64,000 nucleotides of DNA from Cyanobacteria bacterium P01_A01_bin.123 (GCA_039815185.1 JBCBZT010000004.1:182022-246021); one strand, 5' to 3'; counted from the stretch's first letter, positions 1 to 9,413 are shown. Numbers and translations: made by a program. The notes: generated by a model from the letters alone, not told the origin.

Positions 1-150
1 TTGGCGATCGCAGCAGCCCTTTGGATTCGGCAAGTGTGGCGACTCACTCGCCGCAATCCGCCAGGGACGCTCTATGGAAGCATTTTTCGCGAAAATGTTT
101 ATCTTGGCTTTGGCTTACTCGCTGGCATGATTGTTGGCAGCTTAGGTTAA
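1..150 (+). CDS. ubiA: 3' end of 4-hydroxybenzoate solanesyl/polyprenyltransferase (UbiA family), partial
   Basis: Frame 1 reads LAIAAALWIRQVWRLTRRNPPGTLYGSIFRENVYLGFGLLAGMIVGSLG*. This matches the YG.hF..NV.hGF.LLAGM C-terminus of cyanobacterial UbiA. Confidence 0.7.
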   Translation: MAIAAALWIRQVWRLTRRNPPGTLYGSIFRENVYLGFGLLAGMIVGSLG

Positions 151-197
151 ATCACAAAATCCCAAGCTGGACTTGTTGACATCCTAGTTTTCAATTA

Positions 198-1049
198 ATG
201 AGCGCTAAAAGCAGCAAAGACAAGGCGCACTTTTGGCGTGATTCGCTGTTAGGCGATTTGGAATTTCTCCATGCTAACTATGTCACCCATTCTTTTGTTC
301 GGCACGCCCACGATGAGTTTGCGATTGGTGTTATTTACGCAGGGGTGCAGGCTGTTGGCTATCGGCGCGCGGATCAGCTATTGATGCCCGCTGGCAGTAT
401 TGCGGCAATTAACCCAGGCGAAATGCATACAGGCTATGCGGCAAATCCGGAAGAGGGTTGGCGATATCGCATGTTTTACCCAAAACCTGATTTGTTGAAG
501 CGGGTTTTCGTCGAAATCACAGGCCGAGAACACGATGTTCCCTTTTTGACTCAGCCCGTTATTTTTGATGACCGATTGGCGCGTAAAATTTATCGGATGC
601 ACTGTGTCCTCGAATCACCGGAAACATCAGCGATAGAGCGCGAAACCTACTTGCTTGACGTGCTGGCGCAGCTTGTCATTGGCTACGCAGATAGCCGGCC
701 TGTCATCCTACCGCTTCAACCAGAAGATAGTATCGTGCAACGCATCCGCAATTATTTGATGGTCAACTATCGTCACAATGTTTCGTTAACGGAGTTGTCT
801 GGTCTAACCAATCTGAGCAAGTTCTACGTCTGTCGAGTCTTCAAGGAAGCAATGGGTCTACCGCCCCATGCTTATCTCAATCTCATCCGGGTTCATCAGG
901 CAAAGCAACTTCTGAAACTCGGTATCCCAATTGCAGAAGTTGCCTTGAATGTTGGTTTCTTCGACCAAACCCATTTAAACAAACGATTTAAGGGTGTTTT
1001 GGGAGTTACGCCCAGACAATATGCCAAAGGCGCCACAAGAACTTACTAG
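198..1049 (+). CDS. AraC family transcriptional regulator (cupin ligand-binding domain + HTH)
   Basis: N-terminal FVRHAHDEFAIG / INPGEMHTG; C-terminal AraC signature IAEVALNVGFFDQTHLNKRFKGVLGVTPRQY. Confidence 0.95.
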   Translation: MSAKSSKDKAHFWRDSLLGDLEFLHANYVTHSFVRHAHDEFAIGVIYAGVQAVGYRRADQLLMPAGSIAAINPGEMHTGYAANPEEGWRYRMFYPKPDLLKRVFVEITGREHDVPFLTQPVIFDDRLARKIYRMHCVLESPETSAIERETYLLDVLAQLVIGYADSRPVILPLQPEDSIVQRIRNYLMVNYRHNVSLTELSGLTNLSKFYVCRVFKEAMGLPPHAYLNLIRVHQAKQLLKLGIPIAEVALNVGFFDQTHLNKRFKGVLGVTPRQYAKGATRTY

Positions 1050-1086
1050 AGCTTTACCGAGCTTTCTCCTAAACTCAGCCTAATCT

Positions 1087-2040
1087 TTGATTCATGTCGG
1101 CAGATCTATCGACTTAGGAAATATGGGGCGCTTACGCATTTTTTACGCTGCTTATCTAGCACTGGGTATCATCTGGGGAACTAACTTCCTTTATATGAAA
1201 TGGGCCGCCCAGATCATTACGCCATCACAGATTGTTTTTTTAAGAGTCATGTCTGGCTTTTTACCTGTGCTTGCCGTTGCCATAGTCCAACGCCAAATTC
1301 GACTGTCGCACCTAAAACTAGCGCATCACTTTTTTGTGATGTCCCTCTTGGCAACAACGATTTATTTTTATTGCTTTGTTAAGGGAACGGCGCTCTTGAA
1401 TTCTGGCATCGCAGGTGCATTAAGTGGTTCCATCCCGATCTTTTCCGCGATCGCAGCACTTTTGTTTTTGAAAGGGGAAAAGATCAATATTCTGAAATCT
1501 ATTGGGATTCTGATTGGCTTTGTAGGGGTCTTACTAATTGCCAAGCCTTGGGATGCAGGTGCAACAGAGCTTAATATCAGTGGTGTGGTGTACATGGTGC
1601 TAGGCTCACTAAGCGTTGGTGCGTCATTTGTTTATGCGAAGAAATTCTTAGCAGGGCAAGACATACCCGCAGCAGCATTAACGTCGTACCAGATGCTATT
1701 TGCTTTGGTGAGCATGGCCTTAATCAATGATTTTCAAGGCATTACTTTAATCCGAAGCGATATTCAAGCACTACTGGGTGTGATTCTAGGGTTAGGTATT
1801 CTCGGTACGGGTTTAGCTTATGTGTTGTATTACTTAATTGTTGAAAATCTTGGCGCAATCATGGCATCATCGGTCACTTATATTCCGCCTGTGATTGCAT
1901 TATTCATAGGATTCTTCATCGCTGGAGAAATGATCGTCATTACTGACTGGATCGGGATGTTGATCATTCTATTTGGCGTTTACATATTGAGATTAGGCTC
2001 AAAGCAAAAAAAAGAGCCTTCAACAAGTCAGGATTTTTGA
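1087..2040 (+). CDS. DMT/EamA family transporter
   Basis: About 10 hydrophobic segments; IWGTNF, LGTGLAY..Y and VTYIPPV motifs; directly downstream of AraC. The real start may be the ATG of MGRL. Confidence 0.92.
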   Translation: MIHVGRSIDLGNMGRLRIFYAAYLALGIIWGTNFLYMKWAAQIITPSQIVFLRVMSGFLPVLAVAIVQRQIRLSHLKLAHHFFVMSLLATTIYFYCFVKGTALLNSGIAGALSGSIPIFSAIAALLFLKGEKINILKSIGILIGFVGVLLIAKPWDAGATELNISGVVYMVLGSLSVGASFVYAKKFLAGQDIPAAALTSYQMLFALVSMALINDFQGITLIRSDIQALLGVILGLGILGTGLAYVLYYLIVENLGAIMASSVTYIPPVIALFIGFFIAGEMIVITDWIGMLIILFGVYILRLGSKQKKEPSTSQDF

Positions 2041-2099
2041 GGCGATCGCCACACCATACAGTATCGTTCAGATGATAGGGTTCAACGTTATTTTGTGTT

Positions 2100-2435
2100 A
2101 TGTCTGATAACTCTGATTTATTCTGCCAGCATTGGTGCCATTCTCAAGCAGAATCCTCGCGTGAAGTCATGGTTTATTACACGGCGAGCTATCCACTGCC
2201 CGCGTCTAGGGGACGAACCGGACTGATCTTCAAACCAAGTGGTGAATTTATAAAACAGGTGATTGCCCCCACTTGTGGATTAGAAGATATACCTGGAACT
2301 TGGCAGTGGCAGCCTAACGGCAATGTGTTCATTCAAGTTCCTGACGAGCAAATTAGCACTGAGTTGATTATCGTCTCATTAACCGAGCAACAGCTTTGTA
2401 TTCAGGCGGCGGCATGGTTGCTCTATCGTTTATAG
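2100..2435 (+). CDS. Conserved hypothetical protein
   Basis: W.HS..E...Y....PLPASRGR.G..F...G pattern recalled from small uncharacterised bacterial proteins. Confidence 0.6.
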   Translation: MSDNSDLFCQHWCHSQAESSREVMVYYTASYPLPASRGRTGLIFKPSGEFIKQVIAPTCGLEDIPGTWQWQPNGNVFIQVPDEQISTELIIVSLTEQQLCIQAAAWLLYRL

Positions 2436-2616
2436 ATTTTCTGAACTGTGCAGCGTTCATTCTGTTTTTACCCTGGTATTTTGGCTGGGAGGTTGGGAGA
2501 CTATTTTGCTATCTCTACTCCTCGCTACTTAAGCCAAATCTCAAGAGAGCGGACGTGATTTATCGTCTTCTGCGCGCTTTGTTTGCTAAAAACGCAAACT
2601 CCCAATCGGATGTGGT

Positions 2617-3170
2617 TTATAACATTCTGAGTTTTGCAATGACCGGACGATGGTCAGACACGCCGGGAGGCGGTGTAATCACTTGATCAACGCTAATACT
2701 TTGACTGGTAAAGATGTGATCGATCGGCAATTTAAAGGGTAGCTTTAACCGATCAAGTCGAGACAACGGACGTGCCGAACTGCTATAAGACCAAGTCGGA
2801 TTTAGACCGTGGCCCAAATTCACACTGCGTAGTTTTGACCGACGCATAAAGTCCCGGAAATAAGGAGACCAAGAGGTGAGGTTAAAGTTGCCCATCATGA
2901 TTGTGGTGAGCTGCTGTTGCGCTGCATATGCTGCTAACGAAGCCATGGCCTGGTTTCGACTTATAAAGTTGTATTTAGAGACAGGTGCCAAGGGATGAGC
3001 AACCACAACTCGAACGCTTTTCCCTTGAACATCTACGATGGCAAAGCTGAGAACCAGAGGTAGCCTGCGCCTAAAAGTTCAAACAATCAAAATCGATACC
3101 ATTGACCTGAAGAAAAGCTGAGCCCCAATAAGATAATTGCAATTGGCCAAAGCAAAATACTCAGGAGCAT
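2617..3170 (-). pseudogene. Endonuclease/exonuclease/phosphatase (EEP) family pseudogene
   Basis: The C-terminal EEP motifs GNFNLTSWS, LPIDHIF and GVSDHRPV lie in 2617-3006. A membrane-type N-terminus from ATG 3170 (MLLSILLWPIAIILLGLSFSSGQWYRF*LFELLG) has an in-frame TGA at 3087-3089, is in a different frame, and the middle of the gene is missing. Confidence 0.75.
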
Positions 3171-3265
3171 GGAATCTTCTTCCGTTGTCTGGTTATCCAA
3201 AACTAGAAACCAAAAATGGCAGCTGCAATGGTGTTAGACAATCTTGAAGCAACACTTGTGCGCAA

Positions 3266-4120
3266 TCATGGGCTCTTGTGAATTTGCTGTTCTAATCGAT
3301 GAGCTAACCACAGATCCATAAACGGTCTAGGAGACTTTAAGCGCTTCCACAAAAATGCTGCATAGGCTTGCCGTCTCCGTTCAAGCTTCTGGGCAGACGC
3401 TGCTGGAGGTAGCAGCGGTTGGAGAAAACAATCTGGAATTTGTGCAATCACATCCTGCAGAACTTCAGTAGATAGCCTTGCGGTCAATTCCCTATCCCAG
3501 ATATCCAAGTTACGAACCTTGTCCCAAAAGAGGTGACGATCCATCGCATACTTCATGCTGCGGGGAGACGATTCTCGAACAGCAGACCAGTTATATTGGA
3601 AAGGAAGAGAGGCTCCGTGGTCGATCACCCAAAGTTTGTCTCGCCAACGCAGCAGATTTGGATTCCAAGCGGTGCGATCGACATTCATTACCAAGCTATC
3701 GAGCCAAAGCACCTGACAGGCAAGGTTCTCATCAATGGCCTCAATCTCGTTGGCATGGATATCTTTTGCCCCTTTCAGGTACTGAAAGCCCAAGTTGATG
3801 CCGTGGCTGGCCACGAGGAGATCTCTCAATTCATCTTCGCGGTCTTCGATTTTCAGCGAAGTATCGATTGAGATCAGCACTCGACTTGGCATCCATAGCC
3901 CCAAAGCTTCAGCCAGCGCGGCAACAATGACCTCCGCTACCAGTGCCGATGTGCCTTGAGCTGCACCACGCAGCTTCGTCAAAAAATATCCGGCATCCGT
4001 TTCAATTAAGATGGGCCGTGAACTGCCAAGCTTCTGAGCTGAGACAACCCGGAGCGCAGAGTAGATTGGAATGGCATTACCCATACTTAAAATAGGATGC
4101 AGGGCTGGTTTGTGGGGCAC
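3266..4120 (-). CDS. HipA-like (HipA_2-type) kinase
   Basis: GSSRP...KLRGAAQG...LVAEVI, NVDRT..NPNLL and WVIDHGASL kinase motifs. Confidence 0.85.
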   Translation of the reverse strand: MPHKPALHPILSMGNAIPIYSALRVVSAQKLGSSRPILIETDAGYFLTKLRGAAQGTSALVAEVIVAALAEALGLWMPSRVLISIDTSLKIEDREDELRDLLVASHGINLGFQYLKGAKDIHANEIEAIDENLACQVLWLDSLVMNVDRTAWNPNLLRWRDKLWVIDHGASLPFQYNWSAVRESSPRSMKYAMDRHLFWDKVRNLDIWDRELTARLSTEVLQDVIAQIPDCFLQPLLPPAASAQKLERRRQAYAAFLWKRLKSPRPFMDLWLAHRLEQQIHKSP

Positions 4121-4286
4121 ACATCAAGGAAAAGTAAACTTGCCCGGCACCCCTACAGGTAAAATTATGGATCTCGGGTACAGGCAAGATTGAGGGATTT
4201 AGTCTCATTTTTAGTAACCAGAGACAAGGGGAGAAATCTGGTTGCTAGGGTAATAATTGAGTTTCCCTGAGGAGGAGTTGTTCATA

Positions 4287-5408
4287 ATGCGCGTTCGTTA
4301 CTTAGGCTTGAGTCTCGTCAGTGTAGTAGCAGTGGCAGGTATCAATCTGCCCATCGTTCAAAGGGCGATCGCAGATATCGGCCCCATCCCCCCAATGGCC
4401 CAGCAATTACCCAATGATCCACCTGGAGATGAATCGTCCTCCAGCCCCTCTAATCTCCCTACCTTAGTACGCAACAGCTTGCGATTGCACATTGCTCAAA
4501 ATACTGGTGTCCCTTACTCGTTAGTGCAGGTTGTTAGCGCTACTGCCGAAATCTGGACAGATTCGTGTCTGGGGTTAGGTGGCCCAGCAGAATCTTGTTT
4601 GGCTGCACGCTATCCCGGTTGGCGAGTTGAACTCACTGATGGCAACCAAACCTGGATTTATCGCAGCGATCGCACCGGCAATATCCTCCGTCGAGAATCG
4701 CCACAAAATGAAGCGTCAGGCTTGCCGCCGGAAACCGCTCAACGGATTGTTGATACTGTAGCCAACGATCGAGGCCTGCTGCCGTCCCAAGTTGAGATTA
4801 TTGCTGCCGAATCCCGTACCTGGGATGGTTGCTTAGGCATTTATCCCGAAGCCAATACCATTTGCACCCAAATTGCGATCTCCGGTTGGCGCGTGATCGT
4901 AGCTACCCCAGATCAGGTGCAGGTTTATCACACCAACCAAGATGGCAGCAATAGTCGGCTCAACCCATTGCTGACCCAAGTGGGGGATGCTAGCATTGCG
5001 CCTCGATTTCTCACAGGCCCTTTGCCAACCACCTATGAAGCCCCACCCCAATCCGTGTTGACCATTATCACCAGTGGCGGAATTGCTGGGCGTATCTATA
5101 AGACAGTACTCTACAGCGATCGCTCAATAGTCGGCTTCGACATAATCGGCAATCAAATTAACACACCTGCGGATTTAGGCCGTTTATCATCCCAAGACTA
5201 CAACACCTTTTTACGTTTGCTTGAGACCCAACAGCTAAGAACCTTTAATGGCCTCCACTATCCTTCCCCCGAAGGTGCCGCCGATGATATTACGGTCACT
5301 CTAATCTCCGGCACCAATCAAGTCATTCAATATTCCGATATTGCGGTCAATCAACTCCCGTCTAGCCTGCAGCTCATACATCAAGGCTGGTTTGAACTGA
5401 TTAATTAG
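4287..5408 (+). CDS. Secreted hypothetical protein with two Cys-containing ~70-aa repeats
   Basis: GGAGGAG SD before ATG 4287; signal peptide; repeats WTDSCLGL...C....PGWRV and WDGCLGI...C....SGWRV. Confidence 0.85.
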   Translation: MRVRYLGLSLVSVVAVAGINLPIVQRAIADIGPIPPMAQQLPNDPPGDESSSSPSNLPTLVRNSLRLHIAQNTGVPYSLVQVVSATAEIWTDSCLGLGGPAESCLAARYPGWRVELTDGNQTWIYRSDRTGNILRRESPQNEASGLPPETAQRIVDTVANDRGLLPSQVEIIAAESRTWDGCLGIYPEANTICTQIAISGWRVIVATPDQVQVYHTNQDGSNSRLNPLLTQVGDASIAPRFLTGPLPTTYEAPPQSVLTIITSGGIAGRIYKTVLYSDRSIVGFDIIGNQINTPADLGRLSSQDYNTFLRLLETQQLRTFNGLHYPSPEGAADDITVTLISGTNQVIQYSDIAVNQLPSSLQLIHQGWFELIN

Positions 5409-7989
5409 GGTGATGATCTGCCCGGCTAACCAGATCCGCCAGCGATTCTTGCCGCCATAATAGGGCTGTTGCATCCTCAACAGGCAGAGGTTTGGCCCAA
5501 TAGTAACCTTGGCCAAACTCGCAATCCATCGACCGCAGCGCCTCGGCTTGCGCTGGCGTTTCGACCCCTTCTGCAATCAAATCCATACCCAATGTATGTC
5601 CGAGGGAAATAATGGTGCGGATGATTTCGTGGTCCTCTCGACTTTCGTCCATCCTTTGCACAAAAGATAGATCGATCTTGAGGATATCCACTGGAAATCG
5701 ACGCAGATGGTTAAGGGACGAATAGCCTGTCCCAAAATCATCCAGCCCCAACGTGCAGCCCAGGGATTTGAGTCGTAACATCAGATCGATCGCCACTTCA
5801 ACATTACCCATCACCATACTTTCGGTAATTTCGAGTTTGAGCTCTGCCCCTTCGATGCCAGAATCACGAATGCTTTGAGCCAAGTGACCAATCAATTCGG
5901 GTTGTTCAAACTGGCGTCCAGAAATGTTGATGCCCATCATTAAGAGCTGGCTTGGAAATTGAGTTTTCCATTGGCGGACTTGATGGCAAGCGGATTGGCA
6001 AATCCATTCGCCTAGGGGAATGATCAACCCAGTTTCTTCAGCCAAGGGAATAAACTGTTGAGGTGAAAGCAAACCCCGTTTAGGGTGATGCCATCGCACC
6101 AGTGCTTCAAACCCAACCACATTGCCACCATTGAGGGACATGATTGGCTGATAGTGCAACACAAATTCCTGGTTGTTGATACCCTGGCGCAGATCTTTTT
6201 CTAGGGTGAATCGATCCACAGACTCTTCTAACATGCCTGCGGCAAATACTTGATAATGGGTCTCACCCAGAGATTTAGCGCGATACATCGCCGTATGGGC
6301 ATCTCGCAGCAAATCTTCGGGCGTGTGTCGATATTCATGCTGGGTCAGCGCAATGCCGATGCTAGTGGTGATCACAATAGGCTGTTGATTAAGCCAGAAA
6401 GGATCTGCCAGCACCGTTTGCAGTTGGTCGGCGAGGGTCGTGAGGGTACCGTTATGACGTTGCTTACAGGCAAGCGCAAATTCGTCACCACTCACCCTAG
6501 CTAAACGAACGGAACCGGGTAAGAGGGTATGCAACCGATCGACGATCAGCAGTAGCAGGCGATCACCCATTTGCCGTCCAAGACTTTGATTGATCAGTTG
6601 AAACCGATTCAGCCCTAGAAACATAACCCCCAAAGCGGATGACGGCTTGTCATGGGGTCGATGGGCTAATGATCGTGTCAGAGAACGGACAAAAGCACTA
6701 CGATTGAGCAACCCTGTGAGGGTATCTCGAGTGGTGGCGTATCGCAGTCGGTGGGCCATGACAAAACCCAATCCCGCCACAAAGCCCAAGGCAGGCTCCG
6801 CCATAGGAATCCAAATCAGCTGGCTAAATGAAATCCATCCGATGCCGCCAATCAGGCCCAGACAGACTGTCCCGGCCACGCCAAAGGCTAAAGGATGGCG
6901 CAAACTCCACCCCAAACAACCGGCCACCGTTGCCCAACCCCAAAACCAGAGCCACTCTCCCCAACGCGGCCAAAATCGAAACAATCTCGGATTGTCAGAA
7001 GGAATATCGAGCAGTTGGCTGACCATCTGGGCATGGATGATTACCCCTGGCATCTGGAAGATATCTGATTGGGCAGAGCTATAGGGGGTATAGATCATGT
7101 CCTTTAAGCTGGGGGCAAAGGTGCCCACCAGCACGACTTTGTCGCGGATCCACTGAGGATTGACAGTGCCATTCAATAGTTGACTAAACGTGACGGTGTG
7201 GGCCACGTCCCGCCGAGTGCGATAGGGCAACATTACTTGATAGCCCCGAGTATCAGCCGTTTGATACCCCCCATCGGTGGCCTTTAGGGGAATCACGGGG
7301 CGATCGCCCATGAATAACGCATCTGGCGTTACGTCAAAGGTAATCCCCTCTGCTGCCAGATAGGCCAAACTCACCCGCAGTGCAAAGGAATAGTAATCTT
7401 GCTCTGCACCAGCGACAAACAGCAAATTGCGACGCAACACGCCATCTGCATCCAGTGTCAGGTTGTTAAAGCCCACTCGATCAGCCTCAACCCCGGACGG
7501 CGGCGAAATGTCATGGGCCACATTCGTAATGACAATCAGGTTGTCAGCATGAAGCTGGGTTGCAAAGGCGGTTTGACCTGGAGGGACGACCATATCCCGG
7601 TAAAGATCTAGCCCGATTACTCGCGGTTGGTGCATTTGCAACTGGCTTAACCCCTGGGCCAACTCTTGATCAGATAGCGGCCAACCATAACGTTGTAAAT
7701 CGTCTTCATTGATGGTGACAATCAACAACCGGGGATCTAAATCTGCATCGGGTTGCAGTTGAACAAATCGGTCAAAGATCTGAAGCTCTAGGGATTCCAA
7801 CACGCTGAACCGCTGCAGCCCCAAAAACAATCCAGTCAGAAGCGTACTTGAAACCAGCACTGAACGGCCTGCCACCCAAATGATGCGAGGTAGGGGGCTT
7901 TTGTAAACGCTCAACTGTTGGATTTGCCGCAAACGCGATCGCAGTTGAGTCACTAGAGCAGCGATTGGCAAAGACACTCCAGACTTCAT
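5401..7989 (-). CDS. CHASE2-GGDEF-EAL membrane protein (probable c-di-GMP phosphodiesterase)
   Basis: CHASE2 motifs (DPRLLIVTI.E.DL, PRVIGLDLYRD, D.DGVLRR, KVVLVG, MPGVIIHAQ), TM helices, GGDEF with SGDEF, intact EAL (GFEALVRW, LDDFGTGYSSL, AEGVET). Confidence 0.95.
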   Translation of the reverse strand: MKSGVSLPIAALVTQLRSRLRQIQQLSVYKSPLPRIIWVAGRSVLVSSTLLTGLFLGLQRFSVLESLELQIFDRFVQLQPDADLDPRLLIVTINEDDLQRYGWPLSDQELAQGLSQLQMHQPRVIGLDLYRDMVVPPGQTAFATQLHADNLIVITNVAHDISPPSGVEADRVGFNNLTLDADGVLRRNLLFVAGAEQDYYSFALRVSLAYLAAEGITFDVTPDALFMGDRPVIPLKATDGGYQTADTRGYQVMLPYRTRRDVAHTVTFSQLLNGTVNPQWIRDKVVLVGTFAPSLKDMIYTPYSSAQSDIFQMPGVIIHAQMVSQLLDIPSDNPRLFRFWPRWGEWLWFWGWATVAGCLGWSLRHPLAFGVAGTVCLGLIGGIGWISFSQLIWIPMAEPALGFVAGLGFVMAHRLRYATTRDTLTGLLNRSAFVRSLTRSLAHRPHDKPSSALGVMFLGLNRFQLINQSLGRQMGDRLLLLIVDRLHTLLPGSVRLARVSGDEFALACKQRHNGTLTTLADQLQTVLADPFWLNQQPIVITTSIGIALTQHEYRHTPEDLLRDAHTAMYRAKSLGETHYQVFAAGMLEESVDRFTLEKDLRQGINNQEFVLHYQPIMSLNGGNVVGFEALVRWHHPKRGLLSPQQFIPLAEETGLIIPLGEWICQSACHQVRQWKTQFPSQLLMMGINISGRQFEQPELIGHLAQSIRDSGIEGAELKLEITESMVMGNVEVAIDLMLRLKSLGCTLGLDDFGTGYSSLNHLRRFPVDILKIDLSFVQRMDESREDHEIIRTIISLGHTLGMDLIAEGVETPAQAEALRSMDCEFGQGYYWAKPLPVEDATALLWRQESLADLVSRADHHPN

Positions 7990-8032
7990 TCAAACAATAG
8001 TAATTATGACGTTCTCCCAGAATCTCATCTTT

Positions 8033-8179
8033 CTATCGGGTGCCGCCCCCAACCTGCCGCCCAGGGAAATTACCGCGATCTGAACTGCCACCCTCAGCCC
8101 AGGCAGGCATAGCCATTGCCCCCAAAACGACAAAGGTCAGTAGGCCTATGGATACCGTTGCTCGTTTTAGGGAAATCAT
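8033..8179 (-). CDS. Small secreted peptide precursor (48 aa) ending in a DUF928-like PGRxVGGGTR motif
   Basis: Manual translation gives MISLKRATVSIGLLTFVVLGAMAMPAWA-EGGSSDRGNFPGRQVGGGTR*. Purine-rich AAGAAGAGAG just upstream of the ATG; n/h/c signal-peptide regions with an A-W-A cleavage site; 43 bp upstream of the CHASE2 gene on the same strand. Confidence 0.8.
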   Translation of the reverse strand: MISLKRATVSIGLLTFVVLGAMAMPAWAEGGSSDRGNFPGRQVGGGTR

Positions 8180-8789
8180 GAATAGCTCTCTTCTTTACTT
8201 ATAAGCTCAGCAACAACGCTCAAAACATTTTGTTTGAAGATGGAGGTGTGTCTTCAGCTCAAGATCCCAAACTAACCTCTGACCCAGTGATGATTGAGGT
8301 TTGTTTCTTTAGGGATTTTTATTCCGTCATGTCTAGACTAGAGGGTATTCAACTGAAGAATAACCGTGATGACACCAGTATTGAGTTATACCTAATTTAA
8401 AGACTGCTAAGTTTATATATAGTTTTAGACAACACCACGACTTTGAAAGGATTAGCGCTGTGCTTACACAATCGAACCCGGGTTGTTAGGGATTTAACTG
8501 ATTCAGTATTTTGAGAGAGATTGGTATCATCTAACACATCTTAATGTGATAAAAATATAGGCTGAAATTACTTGGTTATTGGGCTGATAACAGCGCTCGA
8601 TTGAGTCATGAAGGGTGAGTGTTGCATGCTCGGGTCTGATCGACGGACAATTCTGAGAACCAGCAACAGACTCTGCTAATAGCTGCTGACCCTCTGCGCA
8701 AAAATTCTATCAATCAGCGTTCCTTCTGCGAAGTCTGGGACAACCGTATTATGATGACGAATGAGCAGATTTAAGTTTTGTAAATTATT

Positions 8790-9413
8790 TTGACTTCAGT
8801 CTTTAAGCACACTCAATCTTTTGAGGCGGTTGCCGATTGGTATGCGCTTAATCCGATTTGGCAAGGCGCGGGAGAAGTTGTTCAGCAAGGCATGCCCCAC
8901 GATCAGCTTTCCCCAACTTGGCAGATGCTGATGCTGGGGGACGGTTCGCCAACCCGTCACCTACAGTTATTGACACGTGAGCGTACCGAGGTCGATGTGA
9001 TTGATATGTCCTTAATCGGCATGGACTTAGACAATGCGCCCAATTCAATTTGTATGGTGCCGGGCCCTAGGCTGAGGCGGCAAGTGTGGTTGCGCACGGC
9101 TTCCGGGCAGCGGCTTGCCTATGCTGCCTCTTGGTGGGAAGCCAGTCATGTAGATGAGTATTTGCAAAATCGATCGCTACCCATTTGGGCCAGCTTGGCC
9201 CAGTTGCGGACGGAGCTTTATCGGGATATTCAAGGGATTTGCTACGGCTATTCTGCCGAGCTAGAAACTGAATTTGGTCAGGTGGGGCCTTTTTGGGGTC
9301 GTCATTACTTGTTTTGGCATGATGGTAAGCCCTTAACGCTGATCTATGAAGTCTTCTCCCCCTACTTGACCCGATATTTGGGGCCAACTCGCTTAGAGGT
9401 AACCCCTTCATAA
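8790..9413 (+). CDS. ubiC: Chorismate pyruvate-lyase (cyanobacterial UbiC/DUF98 type)
   Basis: LGDGSPTRHL, RRQVWLRTASGQRLAYA.SWW, WGRHY.FWH...PLTLIYEVFSP; TTG start. Confidence 0.85.
   Translation: MTSVFKHTQSFEAVADWYALNPIWQGAGEVVQQGMPHDQLSPTWQMLMLGDGSPTRHLQLLTRERTEVDVIDMSLIGMDLDNAPNSICMVPGPRLRRQVWLRTASGQRLAYAASWWEASHVDEYLQNRSLPIWASLAQLRTELYRDIQGICYGYSAELETEFGQVGPFWGRHYLFWHDGKPLTLIYEVFSPYLTRYLGPTRLEVTPS

Noticed and set aside
8033..8179. Calling the small peptide PatS/PatX
   Set aside because: It lacks the RG[S/T]GR pentapeptide; only the architecture (signal peptide plus short C-terminal motif) is similar.
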